From Tabrizicola sp. (GTDB taxonomy: Bacteria; Pseudomonadota; Alphaproteobacteria; Rhodobacterales; Rhodobacteraceae), in contig JAGPEG010000001.1 in NCBI GenBank assembly GCA_018057165.1, forward strand, positions 1-53,439: a stretch of DNA of 53,439 nt. The letters are read 5' to 3'. Below the pieces are notes generated by a model. That model had not been told where the DNA came from. It saw only the letters and a list, made by a program, of their open reading frames with translations, and did no database searches. Positions within the stretch are counted from its first letter, which is position 1. Each line of letters opens with the position of its first letter. A program made the position numbers and the translations under genes. Shown here one piece after another: positions 1-8,282 of the stretch.

Positions 1-1
1 A

Positions 2-736
2 CGCGACGCCGCTCTGGATGAAAGGCTGGCGACCGAGCTGGGTGCCATGACCGACCCTGCCGCCTTGCAGGCAGAGTTCCGCAGCCGCTTTGCGGCGGGC
101 GAGTTGCAGGCCGCCGTCCGGGTCCAGGAGCGCATCCTTGCCCTGGGCGGCGATGCCGCTTCGGCAAACGATCACGCGAACCTGGCGCTGGCGCTGGTGG
201 CGGAAGCGCAGGGCTATGTCTCGCCCGAGACCGAGGTGGAGTTGCGCGCGAGCCTGCAGCGCGACATGACCAACGAGTTGTCGCGCTATCTGGTCGGCGA
301 GATGTTCCTGCAGGGCGGGCGCTACGACCAGACCTTCCGCTTCTGGCGCCCTTTGGCCGAGGGCGGCACGCCGGGTTCGCCCTGGGTGGGTTCGATCCGC
401 GAGCGCATCGAAGAGGTGGCCCAGCTTGCCGGCATCCGTTACGCCCTGCCCGAGGGCAAGGGGCCGTCGAGCGAAGACATGGCGGCGGCGGGCGAGATGA
501 ACGCGGAAGAGCGCCAGCAGATGATCGAAGGGATGGTCACGCAACTGTCGGACCGGCTGGCGTCAGAGGGCGGCTCGGTCGAGGACTGGAACAAGCTGAT
601 CCGGTCGCTGGCAGTGCTGGAGCGGCTGCCTGAGGCGCAGAAGATCTATGACGAGGCGCGGGCGAAGTTCGCGGGGCAGACGGCAGAACTGTCGTTCCTG
701 AAGCAGGCGGCGGTGGAAAGCGGGCTGACCCCGTGA
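2..736 (+). CDS. ccmI: c-type cytochrome biogenesis protein CcmI/CycH, 5' part outside window
   Basis: Frame open from the window start. TPR-like helical region plus C-terminal 'GPS..DM.AA..M..EER..MI.GMV..L..RL..EGG...W..LIRSL.VL' segment typical of alphaproteobacterial CycH. Sits upstream of ruvX. Confidence 0.8.
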   Translation, partial: RDAALDERLATELGAMTDPAALQAEFRSRFAAGELQAAVRVQERILALGGDAASANDHANLALALVAEAQGYVSPETEVELRASLQRDMTNELSRYLVGEMFLQGGRYDQTFRFWRPLAEGGTPGSPWVGSIRERIEEVAQLAGIRYALPEGKGPSSEDMAAAGEMNAEERQQMIEGMVTQLSDRLASEGGSVEDWNKLIRSLAVLERLPEAQKIYDEARAKFAGQTAELSFLKQAAVESGLTP

Positions 737-1206
737 TCTGCGCCAGCGTGGAAGAGTTCGTGGCCGCCCTGCCCCCGAACCGGGCGATTGCGGGGCTGGA
801 CCTGGGCGACAAGACCATCGGCGTGGCGCTGTCGGACCTGCGGCGGCAGGTGGCGACGCCCATCGAGGTGATCCGGCGCGAGAAGTTCACCCTCGACGCG
901 GGCAGGCTGCTGGCCCTGCTGGAGGCGCGGGGGGCCTTCGGCATCGTGCTTGGATTGCCCTTGAACATGGACGGAACCGTGGGGCCAAGGGTGCAGGCAA
1001 CACAGGCCTTTGCGCGGAATCTGGAAAAACTGACCAGGCTGCCGATCTGCTATTGGGACGAGCGTCTGTCGACGGTTGCGGCAGAAAGGGCGCTGCTGGA
1101 GGCGGATACGTCGCGAAAGCGTCGGAAAGAGGTCATCGACCAGGTGGCTGCCGGATATATCCTGCAAGGTGTGCTGGACCGGATGGCACATCTTGGCAAT
1201 GACTGA
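733..1206 (+). CDS. ruvX: Holliday junction resolvase RuvX / pre-16S rRNA nuclease YqgF
   Basis: [29 protein letters not shown] and [12 protein letters not shown] motifs. Confidence 0.95.
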   Translation: MICASVEEFVAALPPNRAIAGLDLGDKTIGVALSDLRRQVATPIEVIRREKFTLDAGRLLALLEARGAFGIVLGLPLNMDGTVGPRVQATQAFARNLEKLTRLPICYWDERLSTVAAERALLEADTSRKRRKEVIDQVAAGYILQGVLDRMAHLGND

Positions 1207-1453
1207 CGGCGGGAGCGACGGGGTGAAGGACGACGTCTGGAAACGCGACGAGATCGCCAGTCCCTGCGTGAAGCTGTGCGTCGTGCATCCCGAGGAACGC
1301 CTTTGCGTCGGCTGCCTGCGGTCGATCGAGGAAATCTCGGGCTGGTCGCGGATGACGCATGAGGAACGGGCGACGGTGATGGCGGAACTGCCGTCGCGGG
1401 CGTCCCGGCTGGCCAAGCGGCGTGGCGGGCGGATGGCCCGGCTGGAACGGTAG
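1199..1453 (+). CDS. DUF1289 small Cys-rich (Fe-S/Zn) protein
   Basis: SPCVKLC...[12 protein letters not shown] motif; ATG at 1199 overlaps the ruvX end. Confidence 0.85.
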   Translation: MTDGGSDGVKDDVWKRDEIASPCVKLCVVHPEERLCVGCLRSIEEISGWSRMTHEERATVMAELPSRASRLAKRRGGRMARLER

Positions 1454-1527
1454 CTTGTCAAATTGAGTGCCTTCGGCACGGAGTCCTTGGGTCGTCTGCG
1501 CGGGCTTCCGCCCGCTTGTCTCCGGAT

Positions 1528-1575
1528 GGGGGCAGTCTGCCCCCAAACCCCCTGAGAGTATTTCGAAAAGAGCAG
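1528..1575. repeat. REP-like palindromic intergenic element
   Basis: Perfect GGGGGCAG-T-CTGCCCCC hairpin (1528-1544) followed by CCCCCTGAGAGTATTT..AAAAGAG, between convergent genes. Confidence 0.45.
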
Positions 1576-1576
1576 A

Positions 1577-2317
1577 TCAGGAGGCTTTGAGCCAGGCTTC
1601 GACCGTGGGCAACTGCGGGCGCAGGTAGGCGATCATCCGTCCCTCCGGCGGAGCGGTATCCTGCGCTTTCCAGTCGGCGACGCCATGGATCATGAGGCGG
1701 TGGAGGAGCGTGGCTTCTCCGGGTCTGGCGGGAAGCTCGATCCGGCGGCAGGTGGCGAAGACCTCGCGCCGGGCCTCCTGGTAGGCATCGGTAAGGTCGA
1801 TGTCGGCCCAGGTCTCGGGCGGGTGGGGTGCCAGAGCCTTCAGGAGGGCGGCGCGGATCAGCTTGTGGCTGCCTTCCCAGACGGTCAGAGGCGAGGCCGC
1901 GGCTTCGTTCAAGGGCAGACCGAGGATCCAGGCATGGGGTTCCCTGACCATCCGGCGCTTGTCGGGACCGATGGCGAGGAGGCCGTCAAGATGCGCGGCA
2001 TCGCGGTCGCGGCGGAAGGCGAAGGCGGCGGGGGTTTCGTCGGGGGATGGCTGCGGATAGCCGGGGCGGATGACGGAGAGCTGCGCCTTGTGCAGGGGCA
2101 CGGGGGTAAGCGGCAGGGCAGCCCAGGGGAAAGCGATGCCGTGCAGGCTGCCGTCAGAGGCATTCGGCAGGGCATCGACGCCGACGAACCAGGTGCCGTC
2201 GCAGCGCCAGGGCTCGGCGGTTGTGGCAAGGTGGTCGAGGGCGGTGGCCTGCGCGGCGGCGGCCCAGGCGGCAATCGCCGGATGGGGGCCGATGCGTTGC
2301 CAGCCGGGCGCTACCAT
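1577..2317 (-). CDS. Hypothetical protein, probable PhyH-like Fe(II)/2OG dioxygenase fold
   Basis: ATG at 2317 (MVAPGWQ) overlaps the tauE stop. HLD, LTVWEGSH and GEATLLHRLMIHG motifs. Confidence 0.6.
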   Translation of the reverse strand: MVAPGWQRIGPHPAIAAWAAAAQATALDHLATTAEPWRCDGTWFVGVDALPNASDGSLHGIAFPWAALPLTPVPLHKAQLSVIRPGYPQPSPDETPAAFAFRRDRDAAHLDGLLAIGPDKRRMVREPHAWILGLPLNEAAASPLTVWEGSHKLIRAALLKALAPHPPETWADIDLTDAYQEARREVFATCRRIELPARPGEATLLHRLMIHGVADWKAQDTAPPEGRMIAYLRPQLPTVEAWLKAS

Positions 2318-3129
2318 CCCAGCACTTTCCGCAGCATGTTCAGCGCAACCAGCGTCAGGAACACCGCGAAGGCGCGTTTCAGGGGCTTGGGGTTCATCGC
2401 ATGGGCCAGCCTGACCCCGAGCGGGGTCGTCATCAGCGTGGTGCCGATGACGACCATGAAGGCGGGAAGGTTGACGGCGCCGATGGTCCAGGGCGGCGCT
2501 TCTGCCACCGGCAGGAGAAGGAAGCCCAGCACCGAGGGCACTGCGATCAGCACGCCGAAGCCCGAGGCGGTGGCGACAGCGCGATGGATCGGCATGGCGT
2601 AGAGCGTCATCAGGGGCACGCCAAAGGTGCCGCCGCCGATGCCCATCATGGCGGAAAAGAAGCCGACGGTTCCGGCAAGCGCGCTGCGGACGGGCTGGTC
2701 GGGCATGTGATCGCCAAGCCGCCAGCTTTCGCGCCCAAAGGCCATCCAGAGACCGGCCAGACCGGCGAGAAGGCCGAACACGGCTTGCAGGGTCAGCGAG
2801 GAGACCTTGCCCGCGACGAATGTGCCGATCGCGGCGGCGATCACCAGGGACGGACCCCAGGTCTTCAACACCTCCCAGTCCACCGCGCCCTTCTTGTTGT
2901 GCGAGGAGACGGAGCGCAGCGAGGTGATCACGATGGTCGCCATCGAGGTTGCGACGCAGACCTGCATCAACTGGTCGCCGCCATAGCCGAGATGCCCGAA
3001 GGCATAGAAGAAGGCGGGGACGAGGACGATCCCGCCGCCGACGCCCAAAAGGCCGCCGACCACCCCGGCAAAGGCGCCGATGACCAGAAGGGCGGCAAGC
3101 ATCGGCAGGGCAGTCGCGAGGTCGGGCAT
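2311..3129 (-). CDS. TauE/SafE (TSUP) family membrane exporter
   Basis: GLLGVGGGIVLVP and MGIGGGTFGVP repeated motifs, about 8 hydrophobic helices; start MPDLATAL. Confidence 0.9.
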   Translation of the reverse strand: MPDLATALPMLAALLVIGAFAGVVGGLLGVGGGIVLVPAFFYAFGHLGYGGDQLMQVCVATSMATIVITSLRSVSSHNKKGAVDWEVLKTWGPSLVIAAAIGTFVAGKVSSLTLQAVFGLLAGLAGLWMAFGRESWRLGDHMPDQPVRSALAGTVGFFSAMMGIGGGTFGVPLMTLYAMPIHRAVATASGFGVLIAVPSVLGFLLLPVAEAPPWTIGAVNLPAFMVVIGTTLMTTPLGVRLAHAMNPKPLKRAFAVFLTLVALNMLRKVLGW

Positions 3130-3278
3130 GGGCCGGCTCCGGGAAAAGGGGCGGTCCGACCATTTAGCGGGCAGCGGTGCGGGAGGCCAGCCGGGAAATG
3201 CCGGGCGGGTCTTTCCTTTCCGAAGGATGCGGGATAAGCCTGCGCGCTTTCGTCGCATGCATCGCAAGGAAGACCTTC

Positions 3279-4472
3279 ATGACCCGCAGTATTTCCCCGA
3301 CCGCGATGTCCGTCATTCTGGGCCTGGTGGCGGCCGTCGGGCCCTTTGCCATCGACATGTATCTGCCGGCGATGCCCGACATCGGTCGCGACCTGAGCGC
3401 CAGCCAGCATGCGGTGCAGTGGACCATCATCGGCTATTTCATCACTTTCGGCCTGGCGCAGCTGGTCTATGGCCCCTGGGCCGACCAGGCCGGGCGAAAG
3501 CCGCCGTTGTATGTCGGGCTGGCGCTGTTCATCCTGGGCACGGTGATCTGCGCCTTGGCGCCGACGCTGGGCTGGCTGATCCTTGGCCGCATGGTGCAGG
3601 GGGCGGGCGGAGCGGCGAACATGGTCGTCCTGCGCGCGGTGATCCGCGACATGGCCACGGGGCCTGCGGCAACGCGGATGATGTCGACGATCATGATCGT
3701 GATCGCGGTCTCGCCCTTGCTGGCGCCCCTGTCCGGTGCGGGCCTGCTGACGCTTGGCAGTTGGCGACTGGTGTTCTGGGCATTGCTGGTCGCATCGCTT
3801 CTGAGCGCGATCCTGATCCATTATGCAGTGCCCGAGACCCTTGCCGAAGCGAACCGGCAGCGGTTCGATCTGGCCAGCACGATGCGCGGGGCGCGGACCC
3901 TGCTGACCAACCGGAGCTTTCTGGTGATGACCTTCCTGGCGGGCTTCGCCTTCGCGAGCTTCTTCGTCTTCATCGCGGCGGCGTCCTTCGTCTACATCGG
4001 CAGCTTCGGGTTGACGGCGACGCAGTTCTCCTTGGCCTTCGCGGTCAATGCGGTGGGCTTCTTCGTGGCCTCGCAGTTTTCGGCGACGATTTCGATCCGG
4101 ATCGGCACCTTGCGGATGATCCGGCGGGCGACCATCGGTTTCGCCCTGGCGACTTTCGCGGGATTCGCCCTGGCCCTGGCCGGGCTTGCAAGCCTGCCGG
4201 TGATGATGACCTCACTGTTCATCGGCAACATGTTCCTGGGGGTGCTGATGCCAAGCGCGCAGGTTCAGGCGCTGGAGGAGCATGGCGAAATCGCAGGGCT
4301 GGCGGCCTCGCTGGGGGGCACGTTGCAGATGCTGGCGGCCGGGCTGCTGGTTGCGCTGGCGGGGCCGTTCCTTGATGGCAGTGTCACGCCGATGCTGGGG
4401 GCGATTGCGCTCTGCGGGGCGCTGGTGCTGGTCTTGTCGCGGCTGATCCCGCGTCAGGCGGCGCGGGCGTGA
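3279..4472 (+). CDS. Bcr/CflA family multidrug-efflux MFS transporter
   Basis: PFAIDMYLPAMP, GPWADQAGRKP and PETL motifs; about 12 TM; AAGGA RBS before ATG 3279. Confidence 0.92.
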   Translation: MTRSISPTAMSVILGLVAAVGPFAIDMYLPAMPDIGRDLSASQHAVQWTIIGYFITFGLAQLVYGPWADQAGRKPPLYVGLALFILGTVICALAPTLGWLILGRMVQGAGGAANMVVLRAVIRDMATGPAATRMMSTIMIVIAVSPLLAPLSGAGLLTLGSWRLVFWALLVASLLSAILIHYAVPETLAEANRQRFDLASTMRGARTLLTNRSFLVMTFLAGFAFASFFVFIAAASFVYIGSFGLTATQFSLAFAVNAVGFFVASQFSATISIRIGTLRMIRRATIGFALATFAGFALALAGLASLPVMMTSLFIGNMFLGVLMPSAQVQALEEHGEIAGLAASLGGTLQMLAAGLLVALAGPFLDGSVTPMLGAIALCGALVLVLSRLIPRQAARA

Positions 4473-5437
4473 CGCTCGGCCAGCGCGCGGTCGATCACGT
4501 CGAGACCCGCGCCGTCGCGCGAGGCCTGTTCCGACAGGACCCGGCGCCAGCCGCGCGCGCCGGGCTTGCCCTGGAAGAGCCCGAGCATGTGGCGCGTGAT
4601 CTGATGCAGCCTGCCGCCCTGCGCCAGATGGTCGGCGATGTAGGGACGCATGGCGTCGATGACAGCCAGTGCATCCGGGGCGAAGGCGTCGCCCCAGAGC
4701 GCGTCGGCACCGATCAGGACCGAGGCCGGGTCATGGTAGGCGGCCCGGCCAAGCATCACACCGTCGAGGCCCTGATCGAGAAGGGCCTGCGCCTGTGAAA
4801 GCGAGGTGATGCCGCCGTTGATGCAGATCGTCAGCTCGGGGAAGCGTTGCTTCATGCGGATGACAAGGTCGTGGTCAAGCGGCGGGATCTCGCGGTTTTC
4901 CTTGGGCGAAAGGCCCTGGAGCCAGGCCTTGCGCGCATGGACGATGATGTGGCGCACCCCTGCCCCGGCCAGCGTCTCGATGAAGGCGGGAAGGATGGTT
5001 TCCGGGTCCTGCTCATCCACCCCGATCCGGCATTTGACGGTGACGGGGATGTCGGTTTCGCCCTGCATCGCACGGACGCAATCGGCGACGAGCGCGGGGC
5101 GTTCCATCAGGACAGCGCCGAAGCAGCCGGATTGCACCCGGTCAGAGGGGCAGCCGCAGTTCAGGTTGATCTCGTCGTAGCCCCAGGGTTCGGCGATGCG
5201 GACCGCCTGCGCCAGTTCGGTGGGGTCGGAGCCACCGAGTTGCAGGGCGATGGGGTGTTCGACGGCGGAGAAGTCGAGAAGGCGGGGCTTCGGGCCATGA
5301 ACGATGGCGGGGGCGGTCATCATCTCGGTATAGAGCATCGCCCGCCGGGTCATCTGGCGGTGGAAGACGCGGCAGTGCCGGTCCGTCCAGTCCATCATGG
5401 GGGCGACGGAGAGGCGATGGGCAGAAACGTCGTGCAT
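4454..5437 (-). CDS. dusA: tRNA dihydrouridine(20/20a) synthase DusA
   Basis: SVAPMMDWTDRHCR, EINLNCGCPSDRVQSG and VHARKAWLQGLSPKENR motifs. Confidence 0.97.
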   Translation of the reverse strand: MHDVSAHRLSVAPMMDWTDRHCRVFHRQMTRRAMLYTEMMTAPAIVHGPKPRLLDFSAVEHPIALQLGGSDPTELAQAVRIAEPWGYDEINLNCGCPSDRVQSGCFGAVLMERPALVADCVRAMQGETDIPVTVKCRIGVDEQDPETILPAFIETLAGAGVRHIIVHARKAWLQGLSPKENREIPPLDHDLVIRMKQRFPELTICINGGITSLSQAQALLDQGLDGVMLGRAAYHDPASVLIGADALWGDAFAPDALAVIDAMRPYIADHLAQGGRLHQITRHMLGLFQGKPGARGWRRVLSEQASRDGAGLDVIDRALAERHARAA

Positions 5438-5576
5438 GTCCGGTCGAAAGTTGCCCTTCCGCGCGGGACCATCCCGGCATGCGGTCGCTATTAGCCCCGA
5501 AGCCCTGCGACAGGCAAGGCTGACGCAAGCGCCTGTTCACAGGCGGCACCTCCTCCGGTGCAAATGTGGCAGGATT

Positions 5577-5593
5577 GTGAACCGAAGATGAAT
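5577..5593 (+). promoter_or_regulatory. Putative response-regulator box GTGAAC-cgaag-ATGAAT
   Basis: 11-bp-period direct repeat; 14/17 identical to the box at 7057-7073 read on the minus strand. Confidence 0.5.
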
Positions 5594-5698
5594 GCAAGGT
5601 TTGCTGCTGGTTAAACAATCGTGATGCATTGTGACCGTGAGTTGAGTCGAGCACCGCCGACAAGAGCGATCGACCGGGTGATTGCGTGGGGGAAGAAG

Positions 5699-5890
5699 AT
5701 GCTGCAGCCGACCTCTGGACCGTCCCGCCTGTTCCTGACTGCCGAGTTTCGCGCGGTCGAGGTGCTGCCGAAACCGCCGCGGCAAAAGGCGACCGCCCCG
5801 CTTTTCGCGTCCGAGCTGAACAGGTTCCCGCCGGTCGAGGACGTCGTGGCTGTGCTGGATCGAACCGCCCTGCGCGCCTTCGTCGCCTGA
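5699..5890 (+). CDS. Small hypothetical protein (63 aa)
   Basis: GGGGGAAG RBS before ATG 5699, GC3-rich codons, strong hairpin immediately downstream. Confidence 0.6.
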   Translation: MLQPTSGPSRLFLTAEFRAVEVLPKPPRQKATAPLFASELNRFPPVEDVVAVLDRTALRAFVA

Positions 5891-5908
5891 AATCACCCTC
5901 GCACAGGA

Positions 5909-5937
5909 AAAGGGCCACCCGATGCGGGTGGCCCTTT
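5909..5937. terminator. Bidirectional intrinsic terminator
   Basis: 13-bp perfect inverted repeat AAAGGGCCACCCG-ATG-CGGGTGGCCCTTT between convergent ORFs. Confidence 0.8.
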
Positions 5938-6026
5938 GCTTTGTGGCCCTGGGCAGGATGCCCGTGGCGGGATCGGTTGGCGATGTCCAGGGGCTCGCCC
6001 TGAAGCACCGCCAACCGAGGGTTCGA

Positions 6027-6914
6027 TCAGAGCCCGAGAAGATGCTTGACGGCGGCTTCCACGGCATCCGTCACCGGCTTGTTCGCGGCAGCCTCGAGAA
6101 GACCGCGTTCCAGCTCTGGCTGATCCTCGACCTGCTGCGACAGGTCGTCGACTTCTCCTGCAAGCGTTTCATAGGCTGCGGCATCGTCGTATTCGGCCTG
6201 AAGGTCGGCCTCGGCAGCTTCGGCTGCGGCCAGATCGTCGCGGGCGGTGGCGAGATCAGCCTCGATTCCGGCATCGGTGCCGCCCGCATCGGCCAGCGCC
6301 TGTTCAAGATCGGCCACGGCATCAGCCTTTTCGGCGACCGTCTGCGTGGCCGCGTCGAGATCGACATCGACCTCAGTCGCAGGGCGGGCGGGCGGGGTCA
6401 TCCCGTCCAGTTCGGCCTGTTTTGCATCCAGGTCGGCCTGCAACTCCTCGCCCGCCAGCACGGCGTCGCGGTAGGCGGCGATGCGGCCAACGCGCGAATT
6501 CGGCGCGGCATGTTTCAGCGCATTCGGATTGGCATGGGCCGCATTCAGCGCGCCAAGTTCGGACGGGCTGAGGCCGAGCTCTTCGGCCAGGGACTTCTTC
6601 TGGATCTTCGACTTGGCCTTGGATTTCGACTTGGTGGCCGAGGCATCCGGCGCGGCGACCTTGCCCGCATCGGACCTGGAACTGGCGGCCTTTTCGGATG
6701 AGCCGCCTGCGGCCTTGCCGCCATTGCCATTGCCATTGCCATTGCCGCCACCGTTTCCGTTGCCGCCACCATTGCCGTTGCCGCCACCGTTGCCATTGCC
6801 CGACTTGGCAAAAGTGGCGTCGGGCATCGTGATGGCAGCAATGATCGCGCCTGAACCAAGAAGCGCAACTGAAAGGGTGCAGGCCTTCAGGAGCCCAAGG
6901 GATGTGACCTTCAT
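6027..6914 (-). CDS. Exported hypothetical protein with N-terminal Gly-Asn repeat, Lys-rich linker and acidic helical C-terminus
   Basis: Signal peptide ending ATFA; GNGNGGG repeats; LGALNAAHANPNAL..AAPNSRVGRIAAY block; GAGG RBS. Confidence 0.8.
   Translation of the reverse strand: MKVTSLGLLKACTLSVALLGSGAIIAAITMPDATFAKSGNGNGGGNGNGGGNGNGGGNGNGNGNGGKAAGGSSEKAASSRSDAGKVAAPDASATKSKSKAKSKIQKKSLAEELGLSPSELGALNAAHANPNALKHAAPNSRVGRIAAYRDAVLAGEELQADLDAKQAELDGMTPPARPATEVDVDLDAATQTVAEKADAVADLEQALADAGGTDAGIEADLATARDDLAAAEAAEADLQAEYDDAAAYETLAGEVDDLSQQVEDQPELERGLLEAAANKPVTDAVEAAVKHLLGL
6715..6801 (-). repeat. Coding Gly-Asn low-complexity repeat (GGCAAT/GGCAAC units)
   Basis: Tandem CCATTG/CCGTTG units on the + strand. 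Confidence 0.9.
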
Positions 6915-7035
6915 GTCATGACCTCATATAAGTGTGTGGGCACCAGGACCCAGGGGACAGTACGACCTGCGTCGGTCAGTCCGCAGCAGCGGAACCGAGT
7001 CGCAAGGCACAGGTCGCACTAGACAGGACGGGCGT

Positions 7036-7073
7036 TTAACCTGGCGCGAACCAATCGTTCATCTTGGGTTCAT
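7036..7073. promoter_or_regulatory. Two oppositely oriented 11-bp-period boxes in the divergent promoter
   Basis: TTAAC-N6-CGAAC (7036-7051) and GTTCAT-cttgg-GTTCAT (7057-7073); the spacing is typical of OmpR-family sites. Confidence 0.5.
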
Positions 7074-7096
7074 ATGGATTCTGCTAGGCATTCCGC

Positions 7097-7576
7097 ATGA
7101 CCGCTCTTCGCATCCTGCTTCTGCTGTCCTTCGTCGCGCTGTCCGGCCCCGGTCAGGCCGCGACGGTGCGCGAGATCGGGACAGCGGAACTGCGGCAAGC
7201 GGTGGGATCGGGTGCGGCCCTCAGTCCGAAACGTGTCATAGGCTCGGTCGCGCGGTCCACCGGCGGCGAGCCGATCGAGGCACGGGCCTTCGATGCCGAC
7301 GGGCTGTATTACCGGATCGTCCTGAAGAAACCGGACGGGTCGATCATAAGCGTCATCGTCGATGCCCGCACCGGGGAGGAAGTCGCCAAGGGCTCGGCCG
7401 TTGGCCGTCAGGTGGCGGCAGCGGCAGAGAGCGGATCGAAGGCAAAGGGCAAAAGCGCGACCGCCGGTTCGAACGGCAAGGGCAACGGGAACGGGGGTGG
7501 CAACGGGAATGGCAATGGCAATGGCAACGGTGGTGGGAACGGTGGTGGGAACGGGAACGGGAACGGTAAGAACTGA
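7097..7576 (+). CDS. PepSY-domain periplasmic protein with C-terminal Gly-Asn tail
   Basis: Signal peptide; PepSY-like AV..GAAL..KRVI...GGEPIEA...YYRIVL..PDG....VIVDARTGE; upstream of an RR-HK pair. Confidence 0.8.
   Translation: MTALRILLLLSFVALSGPGQAATVREIGTAELRQAVGSGAALSPKRVIGSVARSTGGEPIEARAFDADGLYYRIVLKKPDGSIISVIVDARTGEEVAKGSAVGRQVAAAAESGSKAKGKSATAGSNGKGNGNGGGNGNGNGNGNGGGNGGGNGNGNGKN
7471..7573 (+). repeat. Coding Gly-Asn low-complexity repeat
   Basis: GGCAAT/GGGAAC tandem units encoding NGKGNGNGGGNGNGNGNGNGGGNGGGNGNGNGKN. Confidence 0.9.
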
Positions 7577-7622
7577 GCCGCGCCATAATTGTTGCCAAAT
7601 TCGCTGATAATACCCCTGCACC

Positions 7623-8282
7623 ATGCGTATTCTGCTTGTCGAAGACGAAGTCGTCCTGAGTGACCAGATCAGGAAGCTACTGGCCGCCGAAGGCCGGATC
7701 GTTGATGTCGTGCATGACGGGCAAGAGGCCTGTTTCCGCGGCGCGACAGAACCCTATGACATGATCATTCTCGACATCGGCCTGCCCTTGCGGGACGGGA
7801 TCTCGATCCTGAAGGAATGGCGCAGCACGGGGGTGGCAACGCCGGTCCTGATCCTGACGGCGCGGGATGGCTGGTCGGATCGGGTGGACGGGCTGGATGC
7901 CGGGGCCGACGACTACCTGACAAAGCCCTTTCACCTGCCCGAACTGGCCGCGCGGGTGCGGGCAACACTAAGACGCAGCGCTGGCCGCATCAGCCCCCTG
8001 TTCGAACGCGACGGGGTGGTATTCGATACACGACACAGTCGCGCGACCCTGAACGGTGTGCCGGTCGACCTGACCGCGCAGGAGGTCGCGGTGCTGTCCT
8101 ACCTGATCCACAATGCCGGACGGCTGATCTCGAGAACCGAATTGTCGGATCACATCTACGAATATGACGGCGACCGCGATTCGAACACGATTGCCGTCTT
8201 CATCAACCGCCTGCGCAAGAAACTGGGGCCGGATCTGATCCAGACCATGCGGGGGCGTGGATACATGATCGACGCGGCGTGA
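7623..8282 (+). CDS. OmpR/PhoP-family response regulator (FeuP/CarR-like)
   Basis: MRILLVEDE, LDIGLP, GLDAGADDYLTKPF and SNTIAVFINRLRKKL..IQTMRGRGY motifs. Confidence 0.95.
   Translation: MRILLVEDEVVLSDQIRKLLAAEGRIVDVVHDGQEACFRGATEPYDMIILDIGLPLRDGISILKEWRSTGVATPVLILTARDGWSDRVDGLDAGADDYLTKPFHLPELAARVRATLRRSAGRISPLFERDGVVFDTRHSRATLNGVPVDLTAQEVAVLSYLIHNAGRLISRTELSDHIYEYDGDRDSNTIAVFINRLRKKLGPDLIQTMRGRGYMIDAA

Noticed and set aside
2318-3163. 528-aa version of the PhyH-like ORF
   Set aside because: The upstream part overlaps tauE out of frame and is Arg-rich nonsense; the coupled ATG is at 2317.
6715-7573. CRISPR array or invertible promoter formed by the GGCAAT repeats
   Set aside because: The repeats are in-frame Gly-Asn codons with synonymous variation and no spacers, and no recombinase is nearby.
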